Positions 35,701 to 47,900 of a DNA stretch of 64,000 nucleotides are shown one piece after another; the stretch's first letter is position 1; each line of letters starts with the position of its first letter. Made by a program: the position numbers and the translations under genes. The notes under the pieces were generated by a model. That model was not told the origin of the DNA and searched no databases. It saw only the letters and a program-made list of their open reading frames with translations. The stretch comes from Amoebophrya sp. A120 (lineage: Eukaryota > Protista > Dinoflagellata), in NCBI GenBank assembly GCA_905178155.1, contig CAJINV010000004.1:5620828-5684827 (forward strand). The letters run 5' to 3'.

Positions 35701-38700
35701 CTCGGCACCCTCTAAATCCAGTTTGTCATGCTGTTTAGGGACAGAAGGCGTCTTTTGTCATGCTACTTTAGCAGCTCTACCGCAGACCCCAAACAGGGTT
35801 ACAGTCGGCCTCACTTGCCATCCCTGCAAGAGAGGCACTTCATGCCTTGCAATTTATGCATGAGAAATTATCTCAGCTTTGTCGATTTCAAACCTGACAC
35901 TTCCATACACGAACACCTTGCCGTAGCTCCCACGCCCGATGACGCCGTGGTAAATCAGGTCCCGGTATGAATTGCAAACATGTCCGAGACTTGTCATGCA
36001 GATTTTCCATGATCCAGAACGCCTGTAATGCATGACGTAGCATCACAGATCTTTAAAAAGCTTCCTGATGCCTATTCCGCATCACAATAAATGCCCTCGC
36101 CGCGTAGCACAAACTGGACTCCTCTCGCTGCCCATGCAATGGAGATTTTTTTAGAGTCCAAAGTCAGCATCACAAGTTCCAACTTTCGTCCAGACCCAGA
36201 CGTATTTGCATTTGATACCCGGGGCTTCAGCACCCGGTGGAACTTCCCCGGTTTCTGATTCTGCTGAAACTGCTGTTGTATTCTGTGCAAAAGCGTCGTC
36301 ACACGAGTGTGTAACTTGCAATCTTGCATGACAGATCTGCATGATTTTCATCGTGTACTACAACAATCTAGATCATGACAGGTTCCATTCTTCTTCCGAA
36401 AAAGTAGATTTAGATTTTCATTCTCGTTAACACGAAAAGTTAAGTTGATGGTGATTCACGAGAAGCTATGAGGATCGTAAATTCGGATTGAACTAAGAGG
36501 GTCTCGAAACAAATGACGCCATGCCCAGGCACGAACAGACAGAAAGAAAGAAACGTGACGACGCCTTTGATGCAATTTTGCATATGCTGAACCATACTCA
36601 GTGTGTTGTACAACGACCCTGAGCCGTTTTGCTGTTGCTCCCTCTGCATTGCCTCATTCTCCAGCCGCTGCAGGCTGTTTGCCGACAGAAAGGAAGAGCC
36701 GTTTTGGAGGTTTTGCTGGTTTGATGATGTTGTTCCGCCGAGGTTCATATTAGTATTCGATGTCCCGTGCTGGAGGTTGCTACTGTACTGATGTTGATGC
36801 TGTTGTTCCTGCATCATACTAGTGTTGCTGGTGTTTCCAGTCGTCGAAGAAGAGTAGTTGCTGGTCATGATTCCATTCGCATTTGGTGCTGCACTTTGCA
36901 TCTGGTGTTGATGGTGCAGCTGCATTCCCGTAGTAGTTCCCCCGCCGCCGGTCCCCATGTGATTTGTACCCAGATGCATAGGCTGCTGGTGCTGCCCCAG
37001 CGGGGCGCTCATGGTCTTGGACATGTTATGCGTCGCGGTTGTAGAAGTACCAGCCCCCGCGACCCCGGTAGTACTTCCTGCGGAGTACAAGTGTCCACCT
37101 CCGTGCTGGACAAAAGGTGGGCTATGGGGGTGTCAGGATCGAAATCGACAAAATCGAAAAATTTGTAATGCGTAAAATGTAGAGCACGGATGGCCTGTGT
37201 TGGGGAGCATGCAAATGCGACCGATGGCGAGCCTGTTTAGGGGAAGCCGATGAGCTGCCAGAGTAGCACGACAGGAGCAGTCTTCTTTGCCCAAACAGCC
37301 TGACAGACTGGATTTTGGTGCGTCCGCAATTTGTCATGCACCACTTGGAAACTGAGGCTCCAACTGGCATCGATTTTGTGCATCACAAATTTTTTCGATC
37401 TTGTCAATTTCGATTCTGACACTTTCATACGGGCCGCCTGAAGAATATTGATGGTGGCCGTCGTGGTTGTTGTACATAGCGGACGACCGGTGACTATTCA
37501 TGTTGTTGCCCGCTGGTTGATGTATCGTGTGGTTGTAAGTTGTATTCGAACTGTTGCTGTTGTTGTACATCAACCGCGCTTGCTGGTGTTGTACTTGTTG
37601 CTGCTGCTGCCCGCCTACCGCTGGACGACCACTCTGCCCCCGCACATTACCACTCGTTGTCGTATTTGATGTTGCATCGAATTGGTGGCTTGACTCTTGC
37701 TGTTTCGTATCAAATGCAAAAATGTCTGGGTCTGGAAGATTCTGAGACTTGTCATGCACGTTTTGCATGAGCCATGAGGTCTGGAATGCAAGACCTAGCA
37801 TGACAGGCTCTGTGAGATCCGTATCATGCCTATGCTGCATGAGAAACTTCCTCTCAACTTGGCCAAAAGTGGACAGCTTTTGGCATTCATGCAACACAGA
37901 TTTTTGCACGATCCAGAATTAGCATTACAAGTTGCAACCTTTCAGACCCAGACATTTTCGCAATGCATATTTCGGCGTGCCATTGTTCATCACGGGGGTG
38001 TTGCAGTTGGCGTGCAATTATGGATTGCAAATATGTCTGGGTCTGGAAGGATGCGAACTTGTCATGCACATTTTGCATGACCCGTGACGTCTGTGATGCT
38101 GGTGCTAGCATCACTGATTTTTTGAGAGCTTCTTGATGCTATATTGCGCATGAGAAATAATGCCTTCTCCGCGTGCCAAGAACTGGACTCCTTCTGCTGC
38201 TCATGCAACACACATATTTTCAGAATCCGCAGACAGCATTACAAGTTCCACTCTTTCAGACCCAGACATTTTTGCAGTTGGTAGCAATTGCCGCACCAGA
38301 GGGGACGAAGAAGCGTTCGTGTGGTTGGGCCCGACGAAGTTCGGCGGCATTGCGTGCTGCTGCTGCGCAGAGGTGATACCCATCTCCACTAGGTTGGCAT
38401 AGGTAACCACCTGGCCTTGTTGGCCAGTCGCAGACGTTGCACCAGTGGAAGAAGAACCGTTGTTGTTATCCACAGAAAAAAACCCATCCACATCCATTTT
38501 TTGCATGACAGCCTCGTGATTTGATACGTGTTTTCCATGACAAATTGGTTGTGGACGGGTTTTTTTCTGTGGATAGTTGTTCATAGAAGTACTCATCTGT
38601 TGCTGCAGTTGATTGTGCTGATGTCCTCCATGTCCCTGCATGTGATGCTGCCCCGCACTCCCACCCCCGCCGCCCTGAGCGGCCACCATCGGTGCTGCTG

Positions 38701-41700
38701 TAGTTGCTGTGGTAATAGAAGAACTAACGTGCTGCTGTGTTGACAGCATGTGCTGCGTGTAGCCGGACAGTTGCGGACTCGGCGTGGAGCTTATCCCCCA
38801 GAAAAAAACAGGCAGGCGCAGGTCATATTTGTAAATAATAAGACAAAAAAATCTGTGTTGCATGTCCTAAACAGCCCGCTATGGGGTCGCCCATGACAGA
38901 TTTTTCTGCTATTTCACTTTTGCATTACAGGCGTGCCCTGCCTGCTTTTTTCTCTGGGATAGAGCTGTACAGCTGGTCAGAGAGCAGAAGTTGTTGCTGC
39001 TGCTGCTGCAGGGGACTGGAGTGCGTGCTGTTCAGGTGGTCGGCTTGGTGTTGATTACCGCCGATCAGGTTGTAGTTGTAGCGCGGAGTCATCATATTCA
39101 TCTGTGTTTGGTGTGCACCACCACCAGTCGCACCATTTGACATTCCCATCGCAGCTCCATGCTGTTGCTGCTGTGTGCGCGCACTCGTGTTCGAAGTGGT
39201 ATTTGCACTTTGCTGCAGCAACTGCCTCGGGGGAGCTCCTGCATTTGATGTTGACGCAACGGCCGCTCCAGAAGTTGTGATGGACGTCAACATGTTGGGT
39301 CCTTCACCTCCAGATGTACCACCTCCCCCACCTCCGTTGCTTAAACTTAAACCGGGCGGCATTCTGTGGTGGTCTTGCGCGGCCGTTGCACTGCTGCTCC
39401 CCGGGGGGTTGTGGACAGTGGTGGAAATACGGTTATCGGCATGTTGCATTTGCTGGTGTTGACTAAGACTGTGGCTGTTGCCCGTTAAGGACCCGGATCC
39501 GCTGGTGTGCTGCGCCAGATGATGGTTATGGTTAAAACCCCCGCCTTGAAAATGGTGGTGGTGATCCCCCGCCGACACAACCGACCGGTGCGAGTTGTAG
39601 TTCATGTGGCGGCTACTAGTAGTACCAGCTGGACAGTTATTTTCGTTGTGTCGTGTGAACTTTACGCATTAAGTAACCAAGACGGAGTTAACATCAACTT
39701 CAAAAAATAGGAAATTCTGCTGCACTTCTACGCGACATCACTCAACAAACAGCAGCACTTTAGTACCTCGTGATAATATTGTACCTTTGTGCCCGGATAT
39801 GCAAGAAAAAAACTGTGTAAGTGTAACTTTCTTGGAGGAACAGCATCATAAGTTTGCTCTGCATGACGGAGAAAACCTGTGATGCGTAGCTAGTAGCTGA
39901 AAACACGTACGAAAGGAGCCTCTGACGCATGTCCAGCATGCCAGTTGTAAGTGTCTTGCATCGTCTGCAACACAAAGTTACACTTACACAGTTTTTTTCT
40001 TGGATACCGGAGGTGGTGGAGCCATTCGCGCTACTTCCCGGAGACGCTACCGCCTGCCGAGCCGGCGTCGGCAGGGTACCGAAGTTATTCATACCGTTAT
40101 TGTTATTCTCCTGACCACTTCTATGCTTGTCCAACGGGGTGCCATGATTTCCACGAACCACTCCAGCGGTAGAGGGTGCAGTAGTGCTTTTGTGTCCTGT
40201 CGTGTAGGAGCCTCGATCCATGATAGGGGAAGCTCCAGTCGCCTTGTTGAGTAAAGGCGTCGCAGTCCGACTGTTGTTCCTGCTACTCGAGGGCGCTGCT
40301 CCCAGCAACTGCGTACCAGCGGCGACCAGGACCGGTGACTGGGCCCGGCTGGTGTTTATCGAATGCAAATGATGTGTCTGGCTGTGGAAAAATGGAATTT
40401 GTGTTGCATGCCTAGCTATTCATCATGAAAAATCTGTGTTACATAGCCGGCAAAGGCGTTACTTAATTATTTTTGTCATGCAGAGACGCAGCTTGTCCTT
40501 GTCAGGCGTGCTACGCATCGGACGGCGTCAAACAAACTTGTCATGCTTGGCTGGACCTGAAAGCACTAGAGTTATCCATACTTTAGCATCACAAGTACGT
40601 TTCCAGACCCAGACATATTTGCACTGGGTATTGTTCGCGCTAGTACAATTACTCGAAAGCTGCACCACGTTGGCAGAGCAGGGTATGAGAGTGTACAACT
40701 CGTCCGACTCCCCCTAATTTGTAATGCAAAATAGCAAGGGCTGCACTGCCTGCATGCCAAATTTTGGAACAACCTCGCACAGTAGAATAATCCGTATACA
40801 AAAAATTTGTCATGCGGAAGCGACATATCTGCCGTTGCTTGTGTTGCTGTAGTTCATGCCATACAAATGAAGGGGAGGGTTGTCCACCACTCGGATACAG
40901 GGGATGCTTGAACTACTCAAAGGCACAACCAGGGGCCGCAACTTCCGTTGCTCAAGTAACGGACTTCTTGTTTGCCGGGGGCTGCTAAATTGAAAAGCTG
41001 TAGTTGTACTGATTATGTTCGTCGGTTGAAAAGGTTGAAACGAATTTATATTCTGCTGGGGTTCTTGTTGTTTCTTGGTATTAAAAACAGCTGGCGCAAC
41101 GGAAGTTGTAGCGGTAGAATAATTTCTTGCACTGCTAATAGTGGTTGTTGCGCAGTGGTCTGGAAGTAGTTGTAGATCTTTTTGTTCTATCGTCTGCGGC
41201 CCCGCAAGTTCTTGTGTCTCTTGTGAAGAAGACTCCGTAGTTGCGGGGGACGAGGTGTTTGACTTGACAAGATTTTTGGTCTTGTTAGCACTGGTATTAT
41301 TTGCTGCTCTATTCCTTCCTAACAAAACTGGAGAGCAGTGCGCGGAGGAGGAAACAAATGTTCTTGCACAACTACCGCGCGGGCTTTGCCGCGAGGAGGA
41401 TAGAGTAGTCCTAGTCGTCGTAGTCTTCAATGGAGTCGTTACAGTGCTGACCCTCGGTCCTGCTGCGTGAAAATTCTGTTGAATCTTGCCACTACCGGTC
41501 GACGTCGGTCGGCCTGCGTGTGTGTACGTACAAGTAGGGATAAGGATACAAGAAATTGATTCACTGAAATGGTAGCATTGATGCTCCTGTAGTTCACTCA
41601 GTTCTTACTAGTACGACATTTTTTTGAGAGCTGCTCCTTGTCTTGAGAATAAGATGTTGAAAGGACACTCTAAATTAATATAACAACAGGTATATATTAC

Positions 41701-42597
41701 TGCTCGAGAAATTTCGCGCGACTAACACCGGAGAGCCCGTGCGAATAAACGTAGGTGAACCACTTTGATGCAGACTACTGTTTTTAGCTGCACCAGTAGA
41801 CGAGCTGCAACTCGATGAAGAAAGCGTGGTAGAAGTGACGACGCCCGAAATGGTGTGCTGTGCTGCTGTTGCTGCAGCCTTAGACGACGTCGCTGTCGTG
41901 CGGCGCGCGGACAGCGACGATCGCACACTTGAAGGACACAAGCCTCGCGCGGAGGCTGGCGGCTGTCGCGGGGAAGTTGTTTTCACGAGGACTGCTCTTT
42001 TGGTCGCTTTACCGGTTCTTGAAGACGTCGGGGAGCTTGATGTTCCACCAAAAGCTGCTGCTTTATTCGATGCTGCTATGCATTGTCCTGACGAAGTTGT
42101 TACCAGTTGTTCCGGACCACGCCGGATGTCGACCGGACTGCTGATGTTTCTATTAGTTGTATTTGTATTCGACGAAGTCGCTGTGGTCTTGGGTAGTAGT
42201 CCGCCTGATGTAGTAGTTTTTACTCCACCTCCACGCGCGGAGAACAATAGCCCTACTCTAGGCGGTATGAGAGTGCACAACTCCCCCTGCCCCTCATTTG
42301 TCATGCAAAATGCCTAGTCTACCTCTACGCCATGGCTCTTGGCACTGTTTGCATGACAAGTTTTGGCAGCCCAAATAGCACTATAATCCTGTCCAAATTT
42401 GTCATGCAAATCCTGTTTTCTTGCTGACACTTGTATTGCTGTTCATGCAATAGAAATGGGGGGGAGGGGGAGTTGTGCACTTTCATAGGCGGGGGTGGAC
42501 TGCGATTGATTGCGTGCTGAGATGAAGACGATTTATAATTTGCTGTTGTAGGTCTAGATGCTCCTGTAGAAACAGCACGGGAGTTGCTAGTGGTCAT
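29727..42597 (-). CDS. AGC-group Ser/Thr protein kinase (S6K/SGK/PKB-like), ~1,620 aa, with a ~1,200-aa low-complexity N-terminus
   Basis: Motifs [66 protein letters not shown] and hydrophobic motif FQGYEY. Fourteen exonic introners plus six GT-AG introns (30214-30326, 30437-30632, 30841-31017, 31316-35062, 39629-39784, 41514-41700) removed gives 4,863 nt = 1,621 codons. An extra upstream exon cannot be excluded. Confidence 0.92.
29776..30013. mobile_element. Introner family G (TIR TATGGnGCTCTCAAA..GTTACATTCTCAACTGTTAC)
   Basis: TSD cgaag/ccaag; last intron of the kinase. Confidence 0.9.
31392..34749. mobile_element. ~3.3-kb GC-rich intronic insert punctuated by three ~41-bp direct repeats (boundaries approximate)
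   Basis: tcttaatgccgtgaaggRcagaaatgttcggaagggcaaga at ~31437, ~33248 and 34681. Possible 7-bp flanking duplication acatgct (31385-31391 / 34750-34756). Confidence 0.5.
32193..32312. repeat. 32-bp tandem repeat, ~3.7 copies
   Basis: Unit aatccaatccgccgtttgaagttggtccgaaa. Confidence 0.9.
34764..34979. mobile_element. Introner family F inserted inside a canonical GT-AG intron
   Basis: TSD acaag/acaag. Confidence 0.9.
35329..35554. mobile_element. Introner family E
   Basis: TSD ccggc/ccggc. Confidence 0.93.
35600..35907. mobile_element. Introner family H (TIR TATGGGnGTGTCAGGATyGAAATCG)
   Basis: TSD cacga/cacga; splits the kinase just after the Gly-rich loop (GKVFV|CQVK). Confidence 0.93.
35966..36217. 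mobile_element. Introner family A (left TIR partly deleted)
   Basis: TSD cccgg/cccgg. Confidence 0.9.
36279..36584. mobile_element. Introner, C-like termini (diverged)
   Basis: TSD tgttg/tgctg; frame restored. Confidence 0.82.
37123..37429. mobile_element. Introner family H
   Basis: TSD tgggc/cgggc. Confidence 0.92.
37708..37969. mobile_element. Introner family A
   Basis: TSD tttcg/tttcg. Confidence 0.93.
38019..38283. mobile_element. Introner family A (ends GTA)
   Basis: TSD gcaat/gcaat. Confidence 0.92.
38467..38575. mobile_element. Minimal 109-bp introner (TIR TATCCACAGAAAAAAACCC)
   Basis: TSD gttgt/gttgt. Confidence 0.9.
38792..38961. mobile_element. Introner (TIR TATCCC..AGAAAAAA.CAGGCAGG)
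   Basis: TSD gagct/gagct. Confidence 0.9.
39798..40006. mobile_element. Introner family F
   Basis: TSD ccgga/ccgga. Confidence 0.92.
40357..40630. mobile_element. Introner family A (diverged, ends GTA)
   Basis: TSD gtgtt/ttgtt. Confidence 0.88.
40684..40897. mobile_element. Introner family E (diverged)
   Basis: TSD caggg/caggg. Confidence 0.88.
42266..42487. mobile_element. Introner family E
   Basis: TSD ggcgg/ggcgg. Confidence 0.93.
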
Positions 42598-44951
42598 GCT
42601 AGAATTGGAAACAAAGTTTATCTTCGATTCGACGTTCTTTATTCGATTTCAACTGATCACTTTTGTATATGTCTGTCCAGCTCTTCGACGTTTCGCCCCT
42701 GATTCTCTGGGTTCTTTCCGCGACTTGCACTTCTTTCTTTGTTCCCTTCGGTCTGTTGTTCCCTTCGGTCTGTTATTCCTTTTGTTCTCGCCAGGTGCTG
42801 TGGTTTTTGATGTCTCAGTGCGGCTAGTAATACTCGTCGTTTAATAATATTCTGCTGTTCTCCTCGTCAAAAGTGTAGCCGATAAAAAATACCGCTGCAT
42901 TGCAATGTGCAATTTGTTCAACTGCGCTCTGCCGTAAACAAAAGTAGAACTTCGTGATGTTGAGTCACAACTTCGAAGCTGCCAAGTGGGGATGTTCTTA
43001 CTGGGTGTGAGTCGTGATGTTGATCCATGGCAAGTCACACAGCGACCCTTCTTACAATTGCCGTGCCTTTTATTTGATACGTCGAATCGGAGGCCCAGGC
43101 CCTCGTTCTTTTGACGCTCTTGCTTCTAGGCTGCCAGGTTAGTAGTTTCGATGCGCAGACGATGTTGAAAGGCCCGCTAGCATTGCCTGTACGAAGGAGG
43201 ACATCGCAAGAAAAAACTGTTTCAGGATGCATAGAATGGAGCACAGAACTCTTTGTATTGCTACACCGACAAGACATTTAACGATATAAGCGTGTTTTCC
43301 CTCTGGGAAATGCGCGCATGGCAAATCTTCTGCGCCATGTGTAGCAAACTTGTGACGCAGATCTTGCAATATCATCACAATGAAACCGTTTTTTCGTGGG
43401 ATAGAGGACGGCGAACTTCTTCGACGTTTCTTCTTTATTCAGAAGAGTTGTAAAGCTCGGCAAGAGAAGGGCTGTACAACTAGTACAAACTCGGGATCAT
43501 GAAAGAGCCTTTGGTGGATTGAGAATCTAAAAAAATCTAAAAAATCTTCTAGTTGCATCATCATCATCATTTAACTTCAGGTCCGGTGGTATTTTTTGGT
43601 CATAACAAAACTCACAGCTCTTTACACTATCTAGATTTAAACGTCAATCCCGTTGTTCCCCTACTAGATGGTTTGTGATTTTTGGATATCAGAGCAGCAT
43701 CACCAGTAGGCTTGAAATCCAGAATCACACAGCACAATGCCGAATAGCAGGCGGGAAAACTACAAAAGTGAGAGCAAAACCAAAGAAAAAGCGTTGAGGT
43801 TCCTCCGAAAAGAAATATATTTTGGTTTGTCGCTCTTCTGAAAAGGGCACATCCGCAAATTGGAACTCCAACAATGAAAAAAGGAGTAGACACGGTTTGA
43901 TGTAGCAGATCGGCAATGAACATAAGATGAGGGAAAGCTAATCATACTTGATGGCCGCGGGTGCTTTTCCAAAACGCTATGCCTTGCTCGTAGAAGCGAA
44001 CATGTGCTGCGAAGCCGTGGGTCAGTGACTAAAAGATGAAATTCGCAGCTGATCAGCGTTTCATGAGTGCTGTCTTCGCGAAACATGTACTTAAAAAGAA
44101 AATGTCTTGCTTGCCTTGACAACCACGTCACAAAAGAAAGAAGATCCGTGGCGTGTGCGCCGGCGCACCACTGGCAACTCCGGTAAAAACTACGGAACAA
44201 CGGGATCGTCTTCGTGTCCCAGTTGTACTGCTACTACCTATGATGTTGCCAGCAATACATGATACACAATGCTCCATCAGAGATGAAAATTACGGCTCCC
44301 ATTGTCGTGCTAAGGTGTCCTCAAAAAGCCTTGTAGCAGCTCGCGGACTCGGTCGTCTGAATGATCCGAACGCGGTTATTTCTATCCGCCGCGCGCGCGC
44401 TTTTCTATTGCAGGTTTATTTCTGGCGTTCATTATTGACTTTTGAACAGCTCCAACTTCTCCAGAAAGTTTTTCATTCAACGTCCTCCGTTGGAAGTAGT
44501 TTGGAAGTGACCACTAGAAGTGCAAAGCATAGAACTGAACAAGTAGTGCCAACACGAGAACGTCAAACTTTTATCTGGAACACGCATGACTCTCCCGCCG
44601 TTCACGCCACGAAATAAGGAAGGGGCCTGCCCGCTCGACTTTGCGAAAGCGGTCCTCTGATTGTTCTTGATTTTCACTTTTCGTCCGATCGGTTTTTCTT
44701 TTTCTCATTTTTGCAACAAAACAAAGCAGCTTGTCACCTTGGCCCAAGAAAGGCCACGTCTTTGAACCACACTTTTTGAACCATTGGAAGACATTCTACA
44801 GAAACAACCTTCGTGGTCGACACCTCTTCGACCATCCGTGGAAAAATCTAGGATTTGACGTGTTGTTGCTTTTGATCTCAACAATGTTGTGACATCATAC
44901 AGGAGCGCAAGGTGGCGGTTTAGTATCTTGACAAAAATTTATTATGATTTT

Positions 44952-47900
44952 CTAAATAATATCCACTCCTTCTCCGCCACTCCGGCCACTGTGGCGAATG
45001 GCCTGTATGTTTCTCGTTTGCCTCAGTGCATCCCCCGGCGAGCGTTGTTGTTGGATTGCCCGCCCTTCTCGGAGAGCCGGAGAAGAAGAAGAAGCTGTTG
45101 CTGCGTTCCTTCTATCAGGAAGATGCGCTCCTGTGACATCGCCCGCATTTTCTCCTTCCTCCCCCTCCAACCCAGCCACTAAATCGGCGTTGTCTTCCAG
45201 ATCCAGCTCTTCTCCAGCATCCAAAGCCGCTTTCCGAGAGATGGCAAAGTCAAACATGAGACTGACGTAGTTTCTAGTCGGCGGTAGGATGTACAGGATG
45301 AAATAGTCCAGCACCGTCTGGAATCCGGCCGCGAGCGCCACGAAGGAGATCATCCACAGACAGAAGTAGGACAGATTAAACTCCGCGTACTCGCCCTTAA
45401 CGCGGGCCACGATGAGGATCCCGTTCCCCTGAAACACCCACCGGTAATTGTCCGGTAAGGCCTCCTATCAACTGCAAAAGTGTCTGGGTCTGGAAGGATG
45501 CAACTTGTGATGCTGCCTTCCGATTCTAGAAAAAATCTGTATTGCATGGGCAGCAAGGGGAGTCCGGTAGCTGCTACGCGGAGGGTGCCGGTGCATTTCT
45601 CATGCGGTATAGGCATTAGGAAGCCCTACCAAAACCTGTCATGCTAGAGCATACATCACAGACATCACCGGTCATGCAAAATGTGCATGACAAACCTTCC
45701 ATTCATCCAGACCCAGACATAATTGCAATCCACACCTCCACCTGCTTCGGTCTTCTTGACGAGGTTTGGCGTTGATAAGCTTCACTTTGTCCTCCGTTGT
45801 AATAATTGCTATTCATCATTGTACTTGGTTCGGAGGTAGTGGTAGAAGATTCTGTGTCAACGTCACCGAAAGTGCCGGAGTTATAACCTGTATCTCCCAC
45901 TGCTCCGTTGTGGCCCCCGCTTGTTTCATCGTAGGGAACAAACCGGGGGTCGCTGTGTGCGCTCTGCATGTCAAAGGCGGACAGTTTGGTCGCGGTGGCG
46001 TATTCCACGCGCTTGCGGTAGAGAATCTCGATCCCCGGAATCCGCCGAAATTTGTACGTGTAGGAAATGGGTTTGTACCCGAAACTGCTGCCCCACGGAA
46101 TCAGGTTGGTCCACTCCACGTCCATCTGAATCAAGACGCCCGCTTCGCGCAGCGGCTTGGTCTCGCCCTCCGGAACGTAGTCCAGGTCCACGTTAGCGAG
46201 CTCCAGAATGCGGCCGACGCTGAAGTAGTCAAAGTTGGTCATCTTGAAGATGCCCTCGCCCTTCACCTTCTCGCAATAGGACTCCTCCTATCCTGAGTAA
46301 AAGCGTCCCCATACCAGAGTCAACATGGGAAATCTGCTAGACAAATCAGCCAACTTTGGTTGTTTCGCATGACACGTTCGTGCTCGTAGTGTAATGCTGT
46401 TTAGCTAGTTCAGCAGCGTCACAGATCTATCATATCATGCTGTTTCTAGCATCACACACAAATCCCAAAACACGACTAAAAATTAAAAGAAGCTTCTCAT
46501 AGGGCTTCGCATGAGAAACTTTTTTGGCATGCAGATTTGCATGACAACTCTGGGGTGGGGATGTTTTTAATTAGAATACCACCTGCTCCGGGGTCACCTT
46601 CTTGCTCCGGATCGGACTAGCTATTGATGACTGCTTTTTCGTAGAAGCTTGATGTTGTTCCATAGCGGCGTCAGGTTGATGTAGGGCTGTATTTAATAGT
46701 CCAGGCGAAGCTTGTGCTGTTCCCGCTCCTCCGGTTGCCGCGTCGAGCTTGTTTTCCTTTTCGTTTATTTGCTGCTGCTGCTGTGTCATCACCTCGTTCA
46801 TCCCGGGATCTGCTTGTCTCACCGGCGCCCCCATGCTGGAACCTGACAGCTCCGGGGCGCCCGAAAAATGTGCACCGGTTGAAGATGATGTCGTTCTTCC
46901 TTCCGACGACCCCGTCACTTCCAAGAATGACATCTTCTCCTGGGCCGCAGCTATTTCACGGACCAGTGCGGCTTTTTTGTCTTCGTCGGCCTTCGCCTTT
47001 TCTTCCATCGCGTTCAACTCTTCGTCGGGAACGAGCTCCGCACGCAAACCGTCGAAAGGGTCGTCCACCAACCGCAGGATGGGCGGGGATTTTACAGAGT
47101 TCTTTCTGTTGGAAGACGAGCTAACTTGTTGGACGACCCGATACGAGTTCATGTTGTAGCCCCCTGGAGGTGCAGTTGCCTCCAGTGCTGGCCGCGCGTC
47201 AAAACGTGTAGCAGAGCTGACGTGCTGTTTAGGCTTCTTATCATTTTCAGCTTGGTCTACTTGTGAGGAGGTGCTGAGTGAATGATCACGTGAATTGTTG
47301 TCGTCGAACGCGCTTGACGTAGTACCGGTCCTCCCCTTATCAAATGTAAAAGTGTCTGGGTCTGGAAGAATGCGCGATTTGTCATGCAGCTTTTCCATGA
47401 CCCATGAGGTCTGGAATGCAGGACCTAGCATAACAGATTCTGTGCGATCTTTCTCATGCCTATCCTGCATGAGAACTGCCTCCCGACTTGGTCAAAACTG
47501 GGCGACTTTTGGTAATCATGCAACACAGATTTTTGCATGCTGCAGATTTAGCATGACAAGTTGCATTCTTCCAGACCCAGACATTTTTACATTTGATACC
47601 CCTCGGACGAGAGCAAGCTGGAAGTAGAAGGACGGGCGTCAAACCAGGACCTCCACAACGAATTCTCCTCGTCTGCTGGACTGTCCCCAAGCGTCGTTGA
47701 AAGTGCTAAATAACGGGCTTTCGTACTAGAATGGTCATGAGCTTCGCTACTTCTTACTACGCCACCGCTAAAATTGTCCTGCTCAGGAGCACTCTCGCGG
47801 AGGTCGAGGGACGAAATAGGAACGGGGATCTGCATCCAGGACGAGGGACTGCTTGTCGCTGTAGTTCCAGCCACTGTTCCAGTAGTTCCAGCTGTCATGC

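Noticed and set aside
42841-44700. Short ORFs upstream of the kinase as a separate gene or transposase relic
   Set aside because: Fragmented, with no recognisable motif and no supporting splice structure.
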